NCBI GenBank assembly: GCA_044892505.1
Contig: CM097882.1
Location: 100,130,001-100,194,000, forward strand
Source: Schmidtea nova
Lineage: Eukaryota
Length of the DNA: 64,000 nt
Direction: 5' to 3'
Each line of letters begins with the position of its first letter. Within the stretch, counting starts at the first letter, position 1. The translations under genes and the position numbers were made by a program. This document shows, piece by piece, positions 12,379 through 26,218 of this stretch. Below the pieces are notes generated by a model. The model was given only the letters and a program-made list of their open reading frames with translations. It had not been told where the DNA came from and searched no databases.

Positions 12379-14875
12379 TGTGAGGATATTTAGACATGGT
12401 TACAAATAGACAAGCGTATCCAATGCCAAATATAGCGGAGATATTGGATAGATTGGAAGAAGCAAAACATTTTACGTCAATAGACTTGGGAAACGCATAT
12501 TATTAGGTTGAACTTGAAGAAAATTCAAAAGAAAAGACGGCATTTTCAACCACTACGGGCCAATATTGTTTCAACAGAATGCCATTTGGAATAGCGGTGG
12601 GGCCAGGAACATTTCAGGATTTAATGGGAAAAGTACTAGGCAACATAAAAGGTACAGTTGTTTATTTGGATGACATTTTAGTATTCACAGAGACAAAAGA
12701 GCAACATTATGCGGTTCTGAAAGAGGTACTAGGAAGAGTTAGACTAGCAGGGTTGAGAATAAACCCAGAAAAATGTCATATACTGGTTCGAGAACTAAAG
12801 TTCCTAGGGCACACTATAAACAAGGATAGTATACAAACAAACCCATCAAAATTAGAAGCAATAAAATCATTCCAGAAGCCGAAATGTATAAAGAATCTAA
12901 GGAGTTTTTTAGGGATATGTAACTATTATTGAAGGTTTATCAAAGACTATGCGAAGAAAGCTAGAACGTTGGAGGTATTATGTAGAAAAAACAATGTAAA
13001 ATTAATTTGGACAGAAAACTGCGAAAGGGCCTTCGAAGAAATTAAGAAAGCACTAACAGAATCCCCTATTTTAGGATACCCAGATTTTACAAGAGAGTTC
13101 ATCCTAGATACAAACGCCAGTTTTGATACAATTTGGGCTGTACTATCACAAAGAGATGATAATGGTTACGAAAAGGTTATAGAATATGGGTCACACGCGA
13201 TGAGTAGTCATGAAAAAGGGTGTTGTATTACGAGAAAAGATCTGCTTGCAATTTACTACTTTTGTCATCATTTTAATCACTACCTGTACGGCAAAAAATT
13301 TACGTTGAGAACGGATCACAAAGCAATCACGTTCATGCTATTCGCAAATAAGTCAATAACTGCGTAATTACAGACATGGACCAATCATCTCAGTAGTCTA
13401 GACATAAAATTAGAATAAAGAAAGGGAGTGAATCACGCAAATGCCGATGCACTGTCAAGAAGTACATGCGGGACTTGTACACAATGTCTCTTGAATCACG
13501 AGAATGCAAAGACCGAGAAAATGAAAACATTGCGTATAAACATGATAAAGAAAACTGAAAGTTGTAAATGGCAACAAGATGATGAAGAAATAAAAATAAA
13601 ATAAATAAAAATAAAATAAAAGGGTTATGCTGGAAATAGATATTGAAAGGAGGTGTAGTAACGACCAAGGAAAGAAAAATATGGATTCCAAAGAAAAAGA
13701 AACGGGAAATGATAAAAGAAATGCACGGATTACTATCACACACAGGAGCTGAAAAAGTGACAAAATATATAGCTGATAATTATGATATGAAGGATATAAA
13801 AGAATCGGTGAAAGAAACAATTAGAGCTTGTGAATCATGTCAAAGGACAAAGGTTGTTACGACAAAAACGAAGGAAGAGATAATTAAACTTAGCGCTGAT
13901 TAACCATGGGAGAAAGTATACATAGACATATGCGGGCCATTTCCAGAGACATTTAGAAAGAAAAAATATATTATATCAATAATTGATCAATATAGTAGAT
14001 ACATATCGTTGACAGCCGTAAATAAGCAGGATGAGAACACGATAAAGGAAACGATGAATAACAAATGGATTCTGAAATATGGAGCAACAAAAGAAATTCA
14101 CGTAAATTGTGGAAAAGCGTTTGAATAGAAGGTAATAAAAGATTTCACAGAATCAATGGGAATCACACTGTGTTTTTCGAGTCCGTATCATCATAATACA
14201 AATGTGAGTGTTGAAAGGCAATTTAGGACAATAAGAGATTATGTAAACGCGTCATTAAAAGAAGTTAATCGAACAAATTGGTCAGATATATTGTCAGAAA
14301 TTGAATTTACATTAAACGCAACATTTCAAAAGACAATTGGGAAGAGTCCTGCTGAAGTGGTATTTGGGAGGAAAATATTCAGAGAACGATGGTACAGTAA
14401 GAAACCGGAAGAGCATGCCATAGAAAAACCACAGGAGGAAATTGTCACTAGAAGAGAGTTTAAAATTGGAGATTCGGTACTAGTAAAAGTCGAAACTAGA
14501 TCCAAAGACAAAGACAGATACGAAGGCCCATACGAAGAGATTCAGAAGATACATGATAGACGATATGCGTTACGGGACGAAAATGGAATATTGATTCAAA
14601 GAAATGTAGAGAAAATGAAAGAATTTCTTAACTCTTTCCTATCCCGTGTCTATAGAAATATGACAAAAATAATTAACCATTCTATCCTCTGTCTGTAAAA
14701 AAATGACATTATTTTTGAATAGTTTATTTCCAATGCACTGTCGATTATATAATGACCAACTGTTTATAGAGTGATTATGACATTGCACTTTTTTGAACTT
14801 TTTTTGAAATTTTATTAGGATTGGAACGGGCGGATTCATAAAATAAAGAAGATAGGAAAGGGTTAAAGAAGGGGA
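12379..14875 (+). mobile_element. Decayed, internally deleted Ty3/Gypsy element (RT-RNase H-IN pseudogene)
   Basis: MPFG, YLDD, LDTNAS, LRTDH, H..H/C..C and VERQFRT motifs split by stops. A 24-bp LTR-start stub tgtgaggatatttagacatggtta (12379-12402) abuts RT directly. Confidence 0.9.
14861..14875 (+). promoter_or_regulatory. Polypurine tract of the decayed Gypsy element
   Basis: ggttaaagaagggga lies immediately before the TG of the 3' LTR at 14876. Confidence 0.7.
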
Positions 14876-16290
14876 TGTGAGGATATTTAGACATGGTTAT
14901 TAGCGAGCATTAAAATTAAAATTAAATAATTATTTGGAGATAGTTAAAATAAGTTTTAAATGTTTTATTAAAAATTTTTATATTTAATATAATAATATTT
15001 TAAGTAAGTTTTATTAAAATTAAATAATTATTTGGAGATAGTTAAAATAAGTTTTAAATGTTTTGTTGGGTTCTGGGGTTGTTGGTGAAATGTTAAAAGC
15101 TACCAATCAAATATCTGACTCCAAAGCGTGCCTTTAATTGACCCCAATAACAATTAACACTGGAAACTTTATTGAATATTGCAAATATTGTCTTTAACAC
15201 TGAATTGGCCAAAATCAACAGACCAAACGACACGATGGTGAAGAATAGCACTTTGTATAATTTTGGCTCTAACTATCACTCACCACTGATGGATACAACA
15301 ATTGGTAATTTGGCTGGTTGTTTTCGTTATTTGACTTGGAGTTACTTGGAACTTTATTCGCTTGTCAACTGAATCAGTTCCAGTTGTTTATTTTCTCTGA
15401 GTTTCCTTTAAGTCTTGTCTTGGGTTTCTGTACAATTCTCTTCACTTCTAATTCAATTATTCTATTTCACACCTTCTCCTTACAATATTCAGTTCACAAT
15501 TTCTTTAACAACTTTTGTTTCACAACTTCGGTTCACAATATTTTGTTCCACACTCCTCTAATAACTTCTGTAACAATTTCTTTCTACACTTCTGCTCTCA
15601 AATATACTGTCTAAAATTCTCGTTTCTGTCCAATCTTCTGTCTAAAAATTCCTCACTTCTGTTTAACTCCTGTCTAAAATTCTGATCTCTTCTGCTGCGT
15701 CTCTCCTTTTATATCTCGTCACTTTGTGGCACTTAATATTATCACTTGTTATTCCATTTTTCCCAACATAATTTGCCCTTCATTTTTCCAGCACGGAGTT
15801 ATCTCTGACAGCCGTCAAGATAACCTCTGTTTCCTTTTTGCCGCTCCGGCTTGTTTGATTTTTTGCCCACTTTATCTCTGACCGGTTGTCAAGATAAAAT
15901 TGTTGTTGTTGTTTTTTGTTTTTCCCAGTTTTCGAATTTTTCCTGTTTGCACTAATTAATTAGTGCTGACCTTTGTTTTTATTTTCCCGTCTGATTACTC
16001 CTCCTCATTTCTTTTTATTTCCGTTTTCTTTTCCAAGCTCCTATCAATCGTGTCATTCCCCATGACGATTTCCCCCCAAGTAATTTTGTTTATTTATTAT
16101 ATTATTTCTAATTTAGGAATCCTCAACAGTTTTATTAAAAATTTTATATTTAATAAAATAATATTTTAAGTAAATTTTATGAAATAATTTTATATTAAAA
16201 TAGTTTATTTAATTTAAAAAGTTTAATCTTTAAAAAAATAATAAATATAAATAAAATTTTATAAGTGTTTTAAATAAAAATGCTCGTTTT
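14876..16290 (+). repeat. 3' LTR of the decayed Gypsy element, interrupted by a nested solo LTR (right end approximate)
   Basis: Begins with the same 24 bp as 12379; its AT-rich internal repeats resume after 16128. Confidence 0.55.
15064..16128. mobile_element. Nested solo LTR (1,065 bp)
   Basis: TGTTG...CAACA termini with a 4-bp TSD GTTT (15060-15063 and 16129-16132); removing it restores the host repeat aaatgttttattaaaaatt. Confidence 0.85.
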
Positions 16291-17540
16291 TAAATTTGTT
16301 TAAATGTCCTCAAATAGACAAACATTTTCTTGAAATAAATATTTTGGATGACTTTAGAATTTGAACTAACCGAAGATGTTTTAACAACATCTAACAGTCA
16401 TAATTACGATTAAACCTTTTCAACTATTAAGTAAATACTACTAGTCAAACTACTATTAATCACTAAAGTCTATAATATAAAAACAAATCTATTAACAAAG
16501 GCAATTTAAAAACAGATTTATACAAGTCTATAAAAAGCAATGTTAATCAACAACAAATCTTTTAATAAACATTTATGAAAATCACATCGCTTACTTTCAT
16601 CGTCAACAGTCCAGCAATATTTTTTTACCTCCTTTCTGAGGAGCCATTTATGGTATTTTTGTGTCCTATGAAGACAACTCTTGCATCAACATTCGCATAT
16701 AATATGGCTGCTGCTGTTTGGTAATTATGCATTCAGGTTCTGCAGATGTTCTACGCAATCTTTTTTTCAAATCAATTCTAGTGATTGCTTACATTTTGAA
16801 AAAAAGAACCTCCGGCACGGTGTAAAGCAATTATTTTATCATCTTTGGGTAAAAATCATTTATCTTTGTCAACAGAACGGACTTTACTTTATCTGAAACG
16901 AATGAGAAAGTTGAAAAACATCTATTAAATAATAATCTATTCTTACCATTATTTAAAGACATTTTTGTTGAAGCTTCGAAAGAAATAGTACAGGTAAATT
17001 ACATGGTTCACGCTAACATTTAGGAATTTTATTTGAGAAAATTATTACTCATCGAATGAACTAATAAAATCAATATAATAATGATTCTGTGTCAAAAATA
17101 TTATTAAAGTTTAAAACAATTATCAAAAATCGAAAAAATGTTGTAAAATTATTACAAAATTTGTTTATGAAAGAAGTCGACTTACGCACTCAGAAAAAGG
17201 TTCAATTAAAACTAATAAATATTGACTTAGAAATTTAAAATTTATTTTCTTTTTTGAGGCTAAAATATTTTTTAAATTTACCAAAAATTATTTCCTAACA
17301 GAAATTAATTTTTACATACAAAATGAACAATATCTTCAAAATTAAAACAAAATACATTATTTTGTAAGATAAAACAAAATTAAAACATTTAATTTTTCAA
17401 AATTTAAAAAGAAAATGTCCACAAAATTTGATGCCTAAAAAGTCTAAAAAAAAGTCTTAAAAATCTGATACCAAAAGAAATCTCAAAAATATTTTGGTGC
17501 AAATACACTCACGATGTAAGCAAAAAATGTGCTTGTTCTA

Positions 17541-18788
17541 CACCCTATAACGATGACCAACATCTCCTATAATATAAAATTAAATTATATTATAGAAATT
17601 CAAAACACTCACCTGTGTGTTATCGGTGTGCTAACATTCATTAACATCCTTTATTATGTGGTAGACAAAAAGGACAGAAAAATTTTGTAAACCACAAAAA
17701 GGCATTATATAGTAAAAACTGCATGCAAACTTCTAATGGGTGCAAATTTAATCAATCACTAGCATCCCATAATAAATCTTACGCACACAAAAAAGTTGAT
17801 ATTTTCTTCATTTTAATTATTTTTTTATCAATTTTTAAAATGAAATTAAAAGCAAAATCATTGAAAAAAAATATATTTCAAGAGGGCACATTGTAAGATG
17901 TCTTTTTCATTTAAAATTTAAATAAATTTTTTATAGCAAATCCGATAATTCTGAAGGCTCCAAGTTAAGCTTTCGGGAAAATGACCAGCCAAATTTGGAA
18001 AAATTATTTTTTTATTATAAAAATAATTAAATTTTGATAGCAATTCTGATATTTCAGAAGGCTCCACGTTAAGCTTTCGGGAAAACAACCAGCTAAATTT
18101 GTAAATATTATTATTTTAATAATTTTTAATAATTAATTTTTAATAATTAATTTTTTTAATTATTTTTTTAATCATTAAATCAAAATTTTTATAGAATATC
18201 ATTTAATGAAGGACAATCAAGTTCTACAGGGCTTGGTTTGGAAAGAAAAACTAGAAAAAAAGCTGACAAAGCCAAAATCGTGTTTGCCATGGAAAATGGG
18301 GAGGATTATTTTCAATTTAGTAGACTGTTAGGAATTACTAAAAACACAATAAAAGCAATAGTAGTTAAGTATAAAAAATTTGGCTTTATATCAAAAAGAA
18401 AATCGGTGGCAGCAAATCAAAGATTTCTGAAGAAAATGGAAACAAACTGTTAGATTATGTAGAATAAAATTATTTTTCAATCTAACAGAAATAAAAAATT
18501 ACTTAAATACACAAAACTGTTCGATTTTTGAAAAAGTCCAAAATGATGCAAAAAAATAGATATCTCTGGATATTAATGTTATTAATGTAATAAAATAATA
18601 AATTTTAATATAGTTTCTTACTTTTTTTCGAATATAAATCCTTTCGCATGTTCATACATTACTAAAAAAAGTCATTTGAATGATAAATTTAAGTAAATAT
18701 CTTACTTAAAACAAAGAAAATTCATGAGTAATCATGAATACACACACCAACTAGCATTATAGAGGATGCTAGTCATCGTTATAGGGTG
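17541..18788 (+). mobile_element. Non-autonomous Tc1-like element
   Basis: ~33-bp TIRs (caccctataacgatgac... / ...gtcatcgttatagggtg) flanked by TA. An internal HTH remnant (KIVFAMENG...LLGITKNTIKAIVVKYKKFG, 18238-18453) is present; no DDE domain. Confidence 0.8.
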
Positions 18789-20254
18789 TATTCATACACA
18801 CACGATTTAAGCCAAAACCTGAGTAAGCTAAGCTGTCTTTTTTCTTGTTCTTGTGTGCTCACAACCCTTACTTAATATAAAAAATGGGAAAAAATAAAAT
18901 AAATATGAGAAATAATATTTATAAATTTATTTTAATCACATTCACATTATAACTTGCACATTTGCTTACAAAAAAAATAAATATTTTCTTTTTAATTAAA
19001 TATTTTTCCAAAATTTCATGACATTCAGTTTAATTGCTACTAATAAATCGTAGGCGCGAACTAATAATAATTAATTACGTCATTAATTATTTATTTTTAT
19101 CACAAATATATCAAGAACTTAGAAAAAAAATTATCCTCATCTCTTTTTCTTCTCATCTTTCAATCACGACTTTTGCCTGTCTACGTGACCGATTTGACGT
19201 TTCATTTCTGGTGCGTTGGGCGTAATGGAATATAATGCAAATGTTCTCGATATCAAATCTGTTAAATGAGAGATTTTTACTTTTATTATTGTCTTGAAAT
19301 TCGAAACATAGGGAATTTTAATACGGTTTTGTTTAAATGAATTCGATTTATGATTTATGATTTTGATTGTCTCATTGGTTCTCAAATGGTATTTGTCTGC
19401 CTTTCCTTGGGTATATTACATAAACTTTAGGTATATTACTCACCAAAATAATTAAGAAATAAAAGACAATAAATTTTTTATACAACTAAAAAGAGGAGGT
19501 ATTCCCTCTTTCTTGAATGTTTTCAACTAGTGCACCTGCTTTGAGTTGTCAATGTGATAAGTACATTTTATTGGCCAATTATATGCTCCACGCATTCTAC
19601 CCTTTACATAGGTAGCTGGTACAAATCTAATATTAGAGTTTTCAGTGTTGTTTTGCAAACTTAATCCACGCGTGATAAATGCTTTTTCAAGGTCCTCCAT
19701 GAAGGTCAACCTTTATAAATCACTTAAAACGTACTCATGAAAATAATTTCTAAACTTTGATTTGAAAATAATCCCAAATTTTGTCACATAAAAAGTTTTT
19801 CAAGTGAAATTAAAATTAAAAATCCCATCAAATATTAATTAAACAAACTCACCAGACAGACCGTAATTAAAAACAAATCCAATTAGGTAATCTCGGTTGA
19901 ACATTATCACGGACGAAGATTCAAGGGAAGATTTTCAACATTAATCATGTAACTATGGGAAAAGAATTAAATTTGTTGGACACATTTGATTATGATAATA
20001 ATGTTCAGTGTAAATTTAATTAATTAATTAATTATAATTATCTTTTGGTTTCACCTTTGATCTCTTTTTTTGAAAATCAATAATTTTCACATTAATAATT
20101 GAATGACTATAGATCAAATTTTTTTATGATTTTTAAGTACCTAATTTTCCATAAATAAGATTTTCATATAAACTTGTGACGGCTGAAATTAAGAAATCTG
20201 TATTTTTGGTCAAAGAAATTAATACACAAATATGTTAAGTTTATAATTATGATT

Positions 20255-20647
20255 TGTGGACTATTCATCATCGGAAGATTCTTCCCGGATGATTCTTCTA
20301 GAGGATAANNNNNNNNNNNNNNNNNNNNNNNNNNNNNNNNNNNNNNNNNNNNNNNNNNNNNNNNNNNNNNNNNNNNNNNNNNNNNNNNNNNNNNNNNNNN
20401 NNNNNNNNNNNNNNNNNNNNNNNNNNNNNNNNNNNNNNNNNNNNNNNNNNNNNNNNNNNNNNNNNNNNNNNNNNNNNNNNNNNNNNNNNNNNNNNNNNNN
20501 NNNNNNNNNNNNNNNNNNNNNNNNNNNNNNNNNNNNNNNNNNNNNNNNNNNNNNNNNNNNNNNNNNNNNGGCTGTGCCGAAATATTGTGTTATTGTTTAT
20601 AAAAAAAAATTTTGGATGAATCGTCCGTGGATGAATCATCCGCACAC
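20255..20647. repeat. Possible MITE with subterminal ggatgaatcatcc-type repeats spanning the gap
   Basis: ggatgattcttc repeats to the left of the gap and ggatgaatcatcc/ggatgaatcgtcc to the right, in inverted orientation. Confidence 0.25.
20309..20569. other. Assembly gap (N run)
   Basis: Run of N. Confidence 1.
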
Positions 20648-21697
20648 CATAATTATATATTTACTATTAGAAAAAAGAAAGTCTTCTAAATTCACTTTCT
20701 TCTATTTTTCTAAAATAAACAAAAAATAATAAATTAAACAAGTTATGTATTTAATTTACATTTAAATTGAAATAAAAAAAATAATTTAAAAATTAAAATT
20801 AAATTTTAAATTTTAAATATTTATTTGACAATTCAAATTGTAATATAAATTTTATGTTTTTATTTAATAAAAATATAAAAATATTCAATCAAAACTATTT
20901 AGATTTACTAACCGTAATAAACTACAAATTTTTGTTGATAGAAAAAAACAGTGAACCATTCTACGGGAAAATCATGGAATTAAATTGAAAACGAGAAAAA
21001 TCTTATATTTTTCTATGAAAAATATTGAGCAATGTTTAGGAATTTGAGTTTGTTAAATCAACTGGATTAGAAATCAAGCGGAAATCAAATTTTACTAAAC
21101 GGAGAAATTTAATAATTTTTAGAAGAAAAATGTAAAATATTCACAAAACAAGTAAAAATTAACATTGAAAGTGCGAATATATTAAACAAGATTAAATCCA
21201 CAAAATAAACATTTTTCAATGGAAAAATCAAAATCAAATATATAAATACAAATTTGCAAAAGTAATCTTGTTGTGTTTTCAATCAAAATTAAAATAATTG
21301 TATAATTAATAATCTAATTTATATAGTTTAGGTAATAAACGAAATAATATTTAAAAATAACAGAATTAAAATTTTTAAAAAATGGCACACTAAATACTTA
21401 TTTTATTACATAAAAAGGCCCTCAAAAAGTGATTCAATAAAATTTGAATTTTTTTTTTGAGTTATTTTTTTTAAAAAGCCATTCACCTTTGGTGACACTT
21501 ATTGAAAATTTGTTGTATGATTCATGTTATTATTTTTATAAAATAGTTTAAAAATAAAATAAATTAAATATAACATAAATTAAATAATATTTTAATGCTA
21601 TGAAATTTTAGTATAGCAACAATAATTAAATATTTTCTTCGTCCTAAATATACATAAAAATTATTAATTGTTAAATAATTTCAGTAGGTAGTTTTTG

Positions 21698-22150
21698 AGC
21701 CCTATAGACTACTATGAATTATCGCGCATATATCCGCCAAACAACTTTAAAATTTTGATCTCGTGAATAGAGTGATTGCACGTTTTTTATTTATTTTTTA
21801 AAAGTGCTAATATTGATTTTTAAGTGCTACTAATGTTTTTATTAGGCTCACTTTTGTAAAAAGTGCTATTATAGATTTAAAAGGTCTATAAAGTGAAAAA
21901 TGTAGTTCATATGTAGAAATTACGTTTTGGCTCAGTTAACTTGGGAGCGTTTCTCAATTGAAAAATTATGAAAAACATAATTTTTTAACGATTTTTCTTC
22001 AAGAAAAAATTACAGCAAATTTTATTACGGAGATGGGCCTAGAAGTCAATTGTCGATCTTCACTAATTTCAAAATTCCGAGTAATCTGTTTGACCAATCT
22101 CAATATGCTTAATATCGTTAGACTCAAAAACAAATGCCTTTTTGAAAATT
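21698..22150 (+). repeat. Dispersed non-autonomous DNA-element repeat, copy 1
   Basis: gccctatagactactatgaattatcgcgcat...ttctcaattgaaaaattatgaaaa matches the reverse complement of ~53690-54130; the end resembles piggyBac-type CCCT termini. Confidence 0.4.
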
Positions 22151-22389
22151 AGTGATTTTCAAATATTTGTTTTTACCTATTAACTAATTATTTTATCAAA
22201 TTAATTTTGATAACAATAGAGTTCTTTCTGATGATGTGAAAAGTTTGTTTAAAAAAATTGATTTTTTATTTTGCACACTCCACTTCAATGTTTTTATAGA
22301 TGCTCGAAATTAATTTCAAGAGATTTATACTTGATTTTACTTGAAAATCAATTCTCTACAAGATGCAAAGAAATTTACATCGGAAGCGC

Positions 22390-22631
22390 CCTTCGGACTG
22401 CATCAGAGAATTAAAGAACATCTTGATCCTGGTGGAAAGTCATCTGTATATAGACATCTCCACCAATGTCAAACAGAAAATAAGGAAAAATTAATATCAG
22501 TGAGAATATTGACAAACGAAAACGACGAAAAAAATCTCAGACTTAAAGAAGCTATTCTCATTAGAGACAAACACCCAAAAATTAACTCTAAAGAGGAAAT
22601 TAGCGAAATCGCCCACTTACTATCTTGTTAA
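22390..22631 (+). pseudogene. Penelope-like element GIY-YIG endonuclease 3' fragment
   Basis: LHQRIKEHL...SSVYRHL...VRIL...LRLKEAILIRDKHPKIN is the typical C-terminal half of the Penelope endonuclease. Confidence 0.75.
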
Positions 22632-23269
22632 AAAAAACATGTGGTTCTACAAATAAGAAAGTATAAAAGTAAAAGGAAGATATAAAAAATGGAGAAAGAA
22701 AAGTGATAGTACAGAGAATTTATGGGCATTTCAAAGAGATATAATATAATTAAATTGTAAAATTATAAAAAAAAATAAAATCAAATATTAAGGGTTAAAA
22801 AATTAAAAATGTAGAATGCAGGCAATAAAAATTTTAAATTTAAAAAAAGGATAAATCTATTTATTCGAAAAGAAATTTAGAAAAATTTTTAAAAATTTTG
22901 GAGTTTTTATTTTGTATTTTTAAATTTTTAACAAAATAAACATTTAAAAAAGCAATTAAGAATTTAAAAAATTTATTAATCAGATTAACATCCAATGAAA
23001 AGGAAGAGAAATCACAAAAAAGAAACAACATAATGAATGAAGATACCAGTCATTTGCCAAATTAGAGATTGACGAGGATTATTTGATAATCGAAAATTTT
23101 CTCACTTAATGAAATTATTATTTTTGCAGCAAAGGCTTATTTTGTTACTTATTTATTAATTAATGTTATATAAATTTTTGATATAATATTGATTTTGATT
23201 TTTAGTACTCTGAACTTCATCTTTTATTAAAATCATGTTTCAACATTATATTATATCATTCTAATTAAA

Positions 23270-23640
23270 ACATATTTATAAACAAATTGATATATAAATG
23301 TTTAACAAAATATTGAATTTGCCTTTGCTGATACTGTAATATGGAATCATTTCAATCAAATCCAACTACAATAAATCTTCAATGTCAGATTATTATAAGC
23401 TCTTGTTGGAAATCTTTTTAACATTGGTTTGTTCACACTGTGTGCAAGTTGGCGCGATAACCAATTTTGTGTCTCTTTCTTTGATTTCTTGACCGATTTC
23501 TATAGCCTTTCTAGTCCGCCAAAAGATGTTGGCTGTTCCGGATTTGTCCAAATTATTTCCATTAAACTACTTTAAAAAATCAAGTTTGAAATTCTGTAAT
23601 GAAGGAGTGCCATAAATATCCTGAACACACATGTTTTGAT
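23270..23640 (-). pseudogene. Polinton/Maverick integrase N-terminal remnant
   Basis: Manual minus-strand translation: IWTNPEQPTSFGGLERL*...NWLSRQLAHSVNKPMLKRFPTR...DLIEM. This matches the Polinton integrase pattern YY.P..PGSF.G...L...WL..Q..Y..HKP.R.+F.R...DL.DM. Confidence 0.65.
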
Positions 23641-24037
23641 TAACCTAGTTACAGATTTAAAATTATTATCTTCGTATGTTGTGGTTGTAATAATAATATT
23701 ATTAACATAAGATTAATTTATAAGTTATTTTCTTGACTTTATAGTGAATCAAGTTACGATTTGAATCGCGTAAAGATATGTTGGAAAATATGTTGAAAAC
23801 TTGTGAAAAAAGTACAATGAGTGCAAAAATTAAAAATCAATATTCTAACAAACATTGCGAATCGAATGAAATAAAGTTCAAACAGTTGTGAAAATCTTGA
23901 AGTGAATATAATACAAAAGAAAAATTCATTATTTTTAAACATTTATATATCAACTTGTATATAAATATGTTTCTAGTAGAATGACGTATAAAATATTAAA
24001 ACATTATTTGATCACTTATAAAAAAATGAAGTGCACA

Positions 24038-24593
24038 CAGCACCGTGCTGTAACTTTTGGGGGCCCTGTGCAGAAACTAAAAAAGTTAATTTTTTAATTT
24101 TTTAAAATTTTTTATTGATTTTATTTAAAAAAATAATACAAAGCAATTATAAAGTAATTGATAACACAACTGAGACTATCTTACCTGACACCTGTGTATT
24201 CCTTCTATAAATTTGAATATATGTTTATGTTTTCAAACTATGTTCGTTAACACAAATTTAATTTGAAAAGTGAAAATTACAATTTATTAAATATATAAAC
24301 GAATGGTTAAACCTAAAATATCATATAATAAACAAACAGAAGATAACAATTTGAAGCAAAAAACAACTGAATTATTAGGTATATTTGTTTCAAAATAAAT
24401 CGTTGCCAACTAGATTTTTTTGAAAGTTAAACGAATTTTGAATTTTGAATTTTCAAATTTGTTTTTTTTCTTTCAATTCGTAGTAATTTATGGTATTGGA
24501 GAAGTTTTTCTAATGTATTTAATATTTGGTGGCCCTCAAAAATTGGGGGCCCAGTGCGATTGCACTTGTTGCACTTGCGATAGTACGGCACTG
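24038..24593. mobile_element. hAT-type MITE (556 bp)
   Basis: Imperfect TIRs cagcaccgtgct / agtacggcactg, subterminal gggggccc boxes, and a perfect 8-bp TSD AGTGCACA (24030-24037 and 24594-24601). Confidence 0.85.
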
Positions 24594-25270
24594 AGTGCAC
24601 AGAGGGTTAAAAATCAAAATCAATATTATATAAAAATTTATGTACCATCTTGTAGAGAATTGATTTTCAAGTAAAATCAAGAATAAATCTCTTGGAAATA
24701 ACTTCGAGCATTTATAAAAACGTTGAGGTGCAGTGTGCAAAATAAAGAATCAATTCTTTTTAACAGAGTTTTCACATCATCAGATAGAACTGCTGGGATT
24801 ATGGGTGGGTTTTAAGTAATTCAAATAAACAATTAATCATACTAGGGATTCCGCGCCCATAACCATACATAACATGACTACTACACGCGTATGCCCTTGA
24901 CTATTCCCTACTAGTCAAGTTGGTACTGCATACGGTGGTGGAAAAATGATGGGCAGGTGAGCTTTGTCGCCAAAACTACTCCCCATTTATCTTCCCTCGG
25001 GTTCTTGCTGCCGATAGAAGGTCTTACGCATTTACATTCTATGGATGTTCGTTTCCTACTGAATTTTATACTACATATCCTTATGATCTATCACACGCTT
25101 TTCCCAATGACGCTCTCCCTCGCTGTTCTACAAGCCTACGAAAACTCTCGCTGCTAAGTAACGGTCGGTGTAGGTTTTACGATGCGATTTTTAGTTCTAC
25201 GAATTACTTATGTAGTCTTATTTTATTTAGTGAAATCACACGATGAGAGAAAAAATTTACACAGTAATAC

Positions 25271-25276
25271 TTTATT
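25271..25276 (-). terminator. Candidate polyadenylation signal in the LTR
   Basis: AATAAA on the minus strand ~45 nt after the LTR ORF-B stop; a similarly placed AATAAA exists in the diverged LTR (2080-2085). The AT-rich context weakens this. Confidence 0.4.
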
Positions 25277-25317
25277 AAAATAATAAAGACAGGTTGTTAT
25301 GTTACATGGAGATTTTC

Positions 25318-25902
25318 CTATTCAAACTCCAGGCTAATCTCCTGGATTAACTCTGCTTCGGTTAAGGAGTTCAGGTGGTGAATTTGTTCGTCCAGGCGCC
25401 TTGCAAATTCTCGGCGACGACGACGCTGTCGCGATCCCATTCGATGTTTTCGAAGCTGTGGGTTTATGACCGGTGCTGACGCTATTGTTCTCGGGGGATC
25501 ACTGGGAAAAATAGGCAAATCTTCCGTTGTAAGAGTGGGTGCCATGATGATTTCCTCTTCCGTCCCGCAAGCGACATCTTGGTGAGTGCATTGTATCCAG
25601 CGCTGAGCCGTGATCGGTCGGATTAGCGCTCGTAATTCGGAGTCGATGTAACTTCTTGTTACTGCGTTCAGGCAATTTCGGAGTTCTCGCTGGACGGCAT
25701 CCAGTTCCAATTTGGTTGTAGCCAATGCTTCCTGCACTCGCTCGAGTTTTTTCGACTGGTCCTTCATCTGTTCGGGCGAGAACCACTTCGCTTTCAATTC
25801 ATCATTGGCGACCGTGAGTCGCTTGATCTGTCGCTGCTGGTCCCTCAGCTTTCTCTCTTGAATTTGTCCCATGATTTTCTTCGAATTTTCTGAAGTCGGC
25901 AT
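25318..25902 (-). CDS. LTR ORF-B, 194 aa: N-terminal coiled coil, Arg-rich basic stretch
   Basis: ATG start, intact in both LTRs, protein-level homolog at 2192-2665, RQRRRRR motif. Confidence 0.8.
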   Translation of the reverse strand: MPTSENSKKIMGQIQERKLRDQQRQIKRLTVANDELKAKWFSPEQMKDQSKKLERVQEALATTKLELDAVQRELRNCLNAVTRSYIDSELRALIRPITAQRWIQCTHQDVACGTEEEIIMAPTLTTEDLPIFPSDPPRTIASAPVINPQLRKHRMGSRQRRRRREFARRLDEQIHHLNSLTEAELIQEISLEFE

Positions 25903-26218
25903 GTTGTCTGAAGATTATAACGATAAATTCACTGGAGGGCCTATCAACAATGTTATTTTATTTAAACAACTATTATTATTATTAAACGAGATGTATATTA
26001 ATGTTTTTAATTGTTGAGTTCTCTACAAAATTATTTACATATCTAATCATTGAAGACTCAAAAGGTTTATTGAACTAATTTTATATTAATAAATGAATTT
26101 CCTAATGACTATAACAACTACAATACTAAATCTACAGGACAACACTATTAACAAAACGAACATTTCAGAATTCTTTAAAACATTTATTTAACTTAAAAAC
26201 AGGCGGCCATTGATTCAG

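Noticed and set aside
19527-19709. Short minus-strand coding-like fragment (VKGRMRGAYNWPIKC)
   Set aside because: It may be a transposon relic but is too short to assign.
20256-20729. ORFs spanning N runs (also 55640-56401 and 61412-61597)
   Set aside because: Artefacts of assembly gaps.
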